Source of the DNA: a virus
Taxonomy: Duplodnaviria; Caudoviricetes
IMG/VR virus record: IMGVR_UViG_3300034072_001227
Span: 1-61,642 of that record
Length of the DNA: 61,642 nt
Direction: 5' to 3' (one strand)
Part shown: one piece after another, positions 56,880-61,642 of the stretch
Numbering within the stretch: the stretch's first letter is position 1
How the letters are laid out: the number at the start of each line of letters is the position of its first letter
The notes under the pieces: generated by a model
Told to the model about the DNA's origin: nothing
Seen by the model: only the letters and a program-made list of their open reading frames with translations
Database searches by the model: none
Position numbers and translations under genes: made by a program

Positions 56880-57947
56880 TCAGGCCTGGGCCTTGATCGG
56901 CCAGCGCGCGTCGCCCCGGGCGGGCTTGCAAAAGCCGTCGTCAACCGCAGCGCCACCATAGGGGCGCATCTGGTCGAGCATATCGAGCAACGGCCGCATC
57001 TGGCTGACCGTGCGTTCTGCCGCGTCGGCGCGGTCACGCTGCGCCATGGCCTCCTGATCGGCTTCGCGCGCGCCGGCCAGCGCCAGCACCTTATCGCGGC
57101 GCTCGCGGTGGAGGGCGCGCACGGCGCGACGGCGGCCAGCATGCGCCCGCGATAGGGCATCCTCCAGCCGGTCAATCCGCGCCTGCATGGCCGCAATCGC
57201 TTCGCTATCGGCTGGAGCATCGGCCGCGATCGCCTCCACGACATCGGCCGCCGCAACGGCTGGCGCTTCGCCGACAAGGTCAAGGAATGACGCAGGGGCG
57301 ATTTCCGGCCCGCTCAGCGCCTTCACGACATCCGCGCCACATTGTGCCGCTTCCGGCTGGATCGACGCCACACGGGCGGGATTTGCGGCCAGAACGGCGC
57401 AAAGGTCGCGCACCATCGTTTCCAGTGCGCCGATGCGCGCAAGGGCTTCGCTATTCATGGGGGCAGATTCCTCCGAACGGGGGGCGGTCAATGGGGCCAC
57501 TGCAGGGCCGGAATTTGTTGCGGCCGTATCGGGCGGAGAACATTTTGCCGCCTTGTGGCAGGCCTTGCGCTTGGCCTTGGGCGCGGTTTCCACCGGGCCG
57601 CATGCCTGCCGCACCTTTGCCGCGTTCCACTGGAGCGCGCCGTTAGGCTTCGCGTTCATGCGGATGGAGCGCGCCACGTTCCCGGCGTCGTCCATTTCCT
57701 CGATATCGATGATATCCGCCCGCGCCATGTAACCGGGCATCGCAAGAATGACTTTCGCGTCCTTCCCTACGCCTGCCACGATGCCGCGCGGCTCATAAGA
57801 GACACCGGACGGGATAGCGAAGCCGCGCGACGCGGCCAGCCATTGCAAATAGGCCTTTGTCGCGTCGCCCTGGTCCTTCGCCGTAAATGGCTCCGGCTTA
57901 TTCAGGTCCGCCACGCTTGGCCGATACCATGCGCTATTCTGCAACAT
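56880..57947 (-). CDS. hypothetical protein with C-terminal coiled coil
   Basis: GATGGAAGGA leader. Confidence 0.75.
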   Translation of the reverse strand: MLQNSAWYRPSVADLNKPEPFTAKDQGDATKAYLQWLAASRGFAIPSGVSYEPRGIVAGVGKDAKVILAMPGYMARADIIDIEEMDDAGNVARSIRMNAKPNGALQWNAAKVRQACGPVETAPKAKRKACHKAAKCSPPDTAATNSGPAVAPLTAPRSEESAPMNSEALARIGALETMVRDLCAVLAANPARVASIQPEAAQCGADVVKALSGPEIAPASFLDLVGEAPAVAAADVVEAIAADAPADSEAIAAMQARIDRLEDALSRAHAGRRRAVRALHRERRDKVLALAGAREADQEAMAQRDRADAAERTVSQMRPLLDMLDQMRPYGGAAVDDGFCKPARGDARWPIKAQA

Positions 57948-58041
57948 GTCTCTTCCTTCCATCAGGGCTTGAGCGCCCGCCTAGCGCCCGGGATCGCCCG
58001 GCCGCTAAGGGGACGGCGCGGCATGGGGCCGCGCTCGCCTG

Positions 58042-58293
58042 TCAGTATTCCCGCGCCTCCACGCCCAAGCGGGCCGCGCGCGCCATCGCTTCCGCTTCCG
58101 CTGCTTCGCGCGTCGGAAAATCCTGTTCGTCGCTCAGGTCAAACGGCGCGTTTTCTTCGCCGTCGTGGCGCGTATAGACGCACCAGCCATGCGCGGCGGC
58201 GGGATCGTCGCAATAAGTCTGGTCGCCTTCATCGTCATAGGCCCACGGGTGGAAATAGACGGCGGACGGCTGGAGGGTGGCATTATTGGTCAT
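58042..58293 (-). CDS. hypothetical acidic protein
   Basis: CCAGATGGAAGGA leader. Confidence 0.75.
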   Translation of the reverse strand: MTNNATLQPSAVYFHPWAYDDEGDQTYCDDPAAAHGWCVYTRHDGEENAPFDLSDEQDFPTREAAEAEAMARAARLGVEAREY

Positions 58294-58382
58294 GGGTGGT
58301 CCTTCCATCTGGCACTATCGCCGTCGTGCGCCTGCGCTAGGGCAGGGGCAGGAAGGCGCGCGGGACTGGCCCGCGTCGCCGG

Positions 58383-58583
58383 TTATTCCTCCAGATTGTC
58401 CGCCTCCACCCGGATGCCCCGATATTCGGCATCATGCCGCGCATAGGAAGGCAGGCAGGACGGCCTGACATACCAACATGCATTCGCGCTATGCCAATCG
58501 ACTGGAGCGCCCGCCGGGACGTCCACAGTCAGGTTCAAGGCGCCCGGGCCGAAGTCATGGGTAAAGGCGGATTTAACGCGCAT
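58383..58583 (-). CDS. hypothetical protein
   Basis: GGGAGG SD before MRVKSAF. Confidence 0.65.
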   Translation of the reverse strand: MRVKSAFTHDFGPGALNLTVDVPAGAPVDWHSANACWYVRPSCLPSYARHDAEYRGIRVEADNLEE

Positions 58584-58956
58584 TGCGGCAACCTCCCGGC
58601 AATTCCTGATATGCCCCATAAGCGCCCTCGCCTTTCCCGCCCGGGATGGCTGGCCAGCCGTAGGATATGGGCGAAGGGCGAGCGGACCAATCGGACACGC
58701 GCCAGATGGAGCCATCGGGGGCGATGATATCCCGGCCGCCTCCGGCCTTGCTGGCCGCCTGATAGGTCAATTCCCGCGCTTTCACCTGATCGGCGTTTTC
58801 CACCTGCAGGACGCCGCCGACATCATAGCAGCGCTTGCCCATATCGCCGGGCAGTATGCGGCCGATAGCGCCGACGATGCGCCCGGCCTCTTCGCGGTCA
58901 TAGCTATCAAGTGGGGCCGTGTAACGGCTGGCGATAGTGAAGAGATATTTACGCAT
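58573..58956 (-). CDS. hypothetical protein
   Basis: GGAGG SD; overlaps neighbours. Confidence 0.7.
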   Translation of the reverse strand: MRKYLFTIASRYTAPLDSYDREEAGRIVGAIGRILPGDMGKRCYDVGGVLQVENADQVKARELTYQAASKAGGGRDIIAPDGSIWRVSDWSARPSPISYGWPAIPGGKGEGAYGAYQELPGGCRNAR

Positions 58957-59140
58957 TGGCCGCGCCCTCCAGTCGAACGCGCCGGGTCAGGACGCGATAG
59001 TCTCCGCCCTCATTCTCGCGATACTCGCGCAGGCGTGCGCGGATATCGGCGCGCGTGTCTTCCGTGGTCAGGCATTCCCAGCCCTGCCCATAGTTGCCTT
59101 GCAATTCGTATTCGTCGCGGGTTTTGCGCTGATAGGCCAT
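58949..59140 (-). CDS. small hypothetical phage protein
   Basis: LQGNYGQGWE...LREYRENE. Confidence 0.7.
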   Translation of the reverse strand: MAYQRKTRDEYELQGNYGQGWECLTTEDTRADIRARLREYRENEGGDYRVLTRRVRLEGAANA

Positions 59141-59143
59141 GGC

Positions 59144-59728
59144 TTAATAATCCTGCGCGGCAAGCTGGAGGGCGGACAGGGCTTCTTGCCCGATCCCGGC
59201 GCGTAATTGCAGGGCGTCGGCCATACATTGCTTGTAAATGGCTTCATCCTTGCGGCTATCGGAATTAAAGCCCAATTCATCGGCCCAATCCTCAAATCGG
59301 GCGTAATTCAGGACATCCGCGTCAATGGCCAGCGAATAGACGACATCCGCCGCCGATGGGGCAGGGATGGCCTTGCCGTTCTGGAACATTGCCAGCCCGC
59401 CCGGCGCGAAAACGGTAATTCTGCCGGTTTCGGTTTCGCGCTCAATCGCCGATGCGCGCAACATGCTATAGGCCGATCCGGCTTGCTTGACGCTGGCCTT
59501 ATAGGCTGGCGCAAGGCCGAATCCCTGCGTGTAGTCGGTGGTGATGATATCCCGATAGCGGTCATCACCTTCACCGTTCTTGTAGCGCTGGACCAGCGTT
59601 ATCCGCCAATTGAGCGAGCGATGATTTTCCGCCGCATTGCGCGACTTGGAGAACGGCACAAATTCAGCCCGGATGGACAGACCAAGGCGTTCAATCGCCT
59701 GCTCTAGGGTTTCCGTTGCCTCGCCCAT
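59144..59728 (-). CDS. hypothetical protein
   Basis: GGAGG SD before MGEATE; FEDWADELGFNSDSRK. Confidence 0.75.
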   Translation of the reverse strand: MGEATETLEQAIERLGLSIRAEFVPFSKSRNAAENHRSLNWRITLVQRYKNGEGDDRYRDIITTDYTQGFGLAPAYKASVKQAGSAYSMLRASAIERETETGRITVFAPGGLAMFQNGKAIPAPSAADVVYSLAIDADVLNYARFEDWADELGFNSDSRKDEAIYKQCMADALQLRAGIGQEALSALQLAAQDY

Positions 59729-59729
59729 C

Positions 59730-59876
59730 TCAGCGGCCCTCCGGTGCGTGGAACCCGTCCAGCGAAGCCGGGAACGCGATGGCAAGGAACAGGCGCGCCG
59801 ACTTGTCGCGGCGCTGCGCCTTGCGGGTCATGCGGCGCGCCTTAGCGCCCGGCAAACGGCTATGATCGATGTGCAT
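59730..59876 (-). CDS. small basic protein (48 aa, MHIDHSRLPGAKARR...)
   Basis: CCAGATGGAAGGA leader; stop abuts next ATG; directly downstream of the hammerhead. Confidence 0.6.
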   Translation of the reverse strand: MHIDHSRLPGAKARRMTRKAQRRDKSARLFLAIAFPASLDGFHAPEGR

Positions 59877-59894
59877 TGCGGTTTCCTTCCATCT

Positions 59895-59957
59895 GGCCTG
59901 CCTCATCAGTAGGGGGCGGCCGCTTCCCCTAGACGCGCCATGGCGGCGCGTTTCGGC
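59895..59957 (-). ncRNA. type II hammerhead self-cleaving ribozyme
   Basis: minus strand GCC-GAAA-CGCGCC-gccat-GGCGCG-UC^UAGGGG-aagcggccgc-CCCCUA-CUGAUGA-GGC; complete core and three stems. Confidence 0.88.
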
Positions 59958-60722
59958 TTAGATATTGTCGGCGGCGAATTGCTCAATCGGGATGCTTTTG
60001 CCATCGGCCCAATAGTGGAAATTATCCGCGATGGCCGCGCGCAGGGATAGCGCCTCTTGCATAGCGCGCAGATGCTCCTTTACCGCCTTATGCAGCGCCG
60101 CGCAGATAGTCGGCGCGGCCATCGTGCCAGCGCGCCGGGCTGCGCCGATATCCTTAATCAGGGCGCGCGCGCTGGCCTTTTCTTCGCTGGCGGTGTCTTC
60201 TGCATCATGCCAGCCATTGGCCAGATTCCACGCTTGCTGATATTCGTATTCCGTCTCTAGGGATTTATATATCCACCGCGCAAAGTCGCGCATGGCGTCG
60301 ATTATCTCCCCTTCTGCCTCCGATGGGACATAGCGCCCTTGAACCCATGCGCCGCCAGCAACCTCTTTTCCGTCGGCGCGGTCGATATCCACGCGCATCG
60401 TCATTTCATGGCAATAGTGGCCGATGCTGCGCGAAATGGACGCCTCTAGTTGATAGAAATTGCGGGATTGGACGCGCTGCAGCCTATCCGCGATGGCGTG
60501 CAATTCGGTCGCTTTCGGCCATTCCTTGCGGATAGCGGCGGCCGCGCCCTTGGCATAGGCGTAACTTCCCGTGAATGACGCGCCATCGCCTTGAGACCAG
60601 AAGCCGGAAAAGCTGATATCGTCGATATCAATGCCGATAGTGCGCGCCGCGTCCTTCGCGTTGCCATAGACGCCTGCATGCCAGCCATAGTGCGGCGTGT
60701 AGTGTTCATGATTGAATGCCAT
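59958..60722 (-). CDS. hypothetical phage protein
   Basis: FSGFWSQGDGASF...WIYKSLETEYEY; CCAGATGGAAGGA leader. Confidence 0.8.
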   Translation of the reverse strand: MAFNHEHYTPHYGWHAGVYGNAKDAARTIGIDIDDISFSGFWSQGDGASFTGSYAYAKGAAAAIRKEWPKATELHAIADRLQRVQSRNFYQLEASISRSIGHYCHEMTMRVDIDRADGKEVAGGAWVQGRYVPSEAEGEIIDAMRDFARWIYKSLETEYEYQQAWNLANGWHDAEDTASEEKASARALIKDIGAARRAGTMAAPTICAALHKAVKEHLRAMQEALSLRAAIADNFHYWADGKSIPIEQFAADNI

Positions 60723-60816
60723 TGCCTTATCCTTCCATCTGGGCAGATATCGCCCGCTAGGCGACTGGAGATGCCTCCAGCGGCCAAGGGGGCGGCGGGG
60801 CAAGCCCGCGCGCCAG

Positions 60817-61002
60817 TTATATGCCGTAGGCCCGCATTTCGTCCCTATGGGCGCAAATCAGCATGCCGGTTATCAGGACCATAAAGCCCGCGACCGTTGC
60901 CCAATATTCGGGCGTGTCGTGAATGGCCGCGCCGAAAGCGTCGCCGATCATGAAAGCCAGCACGCTAAGGGCGATGGCGCGGATTAGGTCTAGGGGTAGC
61001 AT
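60817..61002 (-). CDS. small two-TM protein
   Basis: GGAGG SD; two hydrophobic segments. Confidence 0.65.
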   Translation of the reverse strand: MLPLDLIRAIALSVLAFMIGDAFGAAIHDTPEYWATVAGFMVLITGMLICAHRDEMRAYGI

Positions 61003-61274
61003 TAGCGCGCCTCCACGTTGCGATTGCGGTAAACGACATAGCCGCCGGTAACGGTCATGATCGGGGGGAACGTGGCGGCAATCGCGCATTTCTTGCGCTC
61101 GATATATTCGCGCATGGCCTGCCCGGCATCTGCCCGGCAACGCACACCCATAGCGTGCCCGGCAATGTTGATCCCGACGATTAGCGCCATATCGTGCAAA
61201 TCGACGCGCTGGCGAAAATAGCGCTGGTCGCGCTTTGCGCAGACCGTCCGAAAGTCATCATGTAGCTTGCTCAT
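61002..61274 (-). CDS. hypothetical protein
   Basis: TAATG coupling. Confidence 0.65.
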   Translation of the reverse strand: MSKLHDDFRTVCAKRDQRYFRQRVDLHDMALIVGINIAGHAMGVRCRADAGQAMREYIERKKCAIAATFPPIMTVTGGYVVYRNRNVEAR

Positions 61275-61277
61275 GGC

Positions 61278-61505
61278 TTAGGCCGCCTTTGCGCTAGTGT
61301 TATTATCGAGCCAATCGGCGGCCATTTCGGCACGTTCCGCGTTGCGGATAATCCGCGCAGCGCGCTTGCGTTCATCGGCCGCATGGGCGCGCAGCGACTT
61401 TTGCGCGGAACGGCCGGGCGACAAGAGAAAGTCAATCTGGCCAATGTTATCCTTTACGCATGCATAGGCATGCGCGCCGATCATAAAGCGGACATTGATA
61501 ATCAT
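61278..61505 (-). CDS. hypothetical protein
   Basis: GGGAG SD; follows the junction-spanning gene. Confidence 0.7.
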   Translation of the reverse strand: MIINVRFMIGAHAYACVKDNIGQIDFLLSPGRSAQKSLRAHAADERKRAARIIRNAERAEMAADWLDNNTSAKAA

Positions 61506-61515
61506 GTCACAGACT

Positions 61516-61642
61516 CCCCATGGCGCGGCGCGCGTTGCGAGCGGCGGCCAGTTCCTTTTTGAACCATTTCACATATTTGGCCGCATAGGTTTTCAGGCGC
61601 TTGGCCGCGCCATCATAGGCCGCCTTGGCTTCGCGATAGGGC
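61516..61642. repeat. 127-bp direct terminal repeat (copy 2)
   Basis: identical to 1-127. Confidence 0.95.

Noticed and set aside
61516-61642. 127-bp terminal repeat as a biological direct terminal repeat
   Set aside because: The length equals a common assembler k-mer, it falls inside a gene, and the terminase is of the cos (gpA) type

Overview
This window looks like a complete, circularly assembled ~61.5 kb genome of a GC-rich tailed dsDNA phage (siphovirus-like). The 127-bp terminal overlap 1-127 = 61516-61642 and a gene reading through the junction support circularity. The host is probably an alphaproteobacterium, because the phage carries MucR/Ros, GapR-like and alpha-type LexA homologues. 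Layout: (1) a leftward accessory/recombination arm at 1.5-13.4 kb (LexA DNA-binding domain, Mom/GNAT-like protein, HNH, acyl carrier protein, Lar-like protein, HU, RecT); (2) a rightward replication block (Cro-like, GapR-like, RuvC-like, MT-A70 methyltransferase, DnaB, ~600-nt non-coding stretch, initiator-like protein); (3) a lambda-type head module (gpA terminase, gpW, portal, S49 protease, gpD, gpE); (4) tail genes interrupted by a small lipoprotein, a tRNA-like element, tRNA-Trp and tRNA-Gln, with a -1 frameshift chaperone, a tape measure and a 2267-aa multi-module fibre; (5) a lysis cassette; (6) a leftward arm of small genes at 50.7-61.6 kb plus 1-0.8 kb (DNA ligase, HNH, MucR). I recognised no integrase, ParA or DNA polymerase. 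The most notable signals are a canonical type II hammerhead ribozyme inside a family of repeated hairpin + AGATGGAAGGA gene leaders in the small-gene arm, an ACP near a Mom-like acyltransferase, a set of host nucleoid/regulator mimics, and a lambda-like cosQ/cosN candidate about 18 kb from the terminase genes. All protein calls rest on motif recognition by eye and gene order, not database searches.
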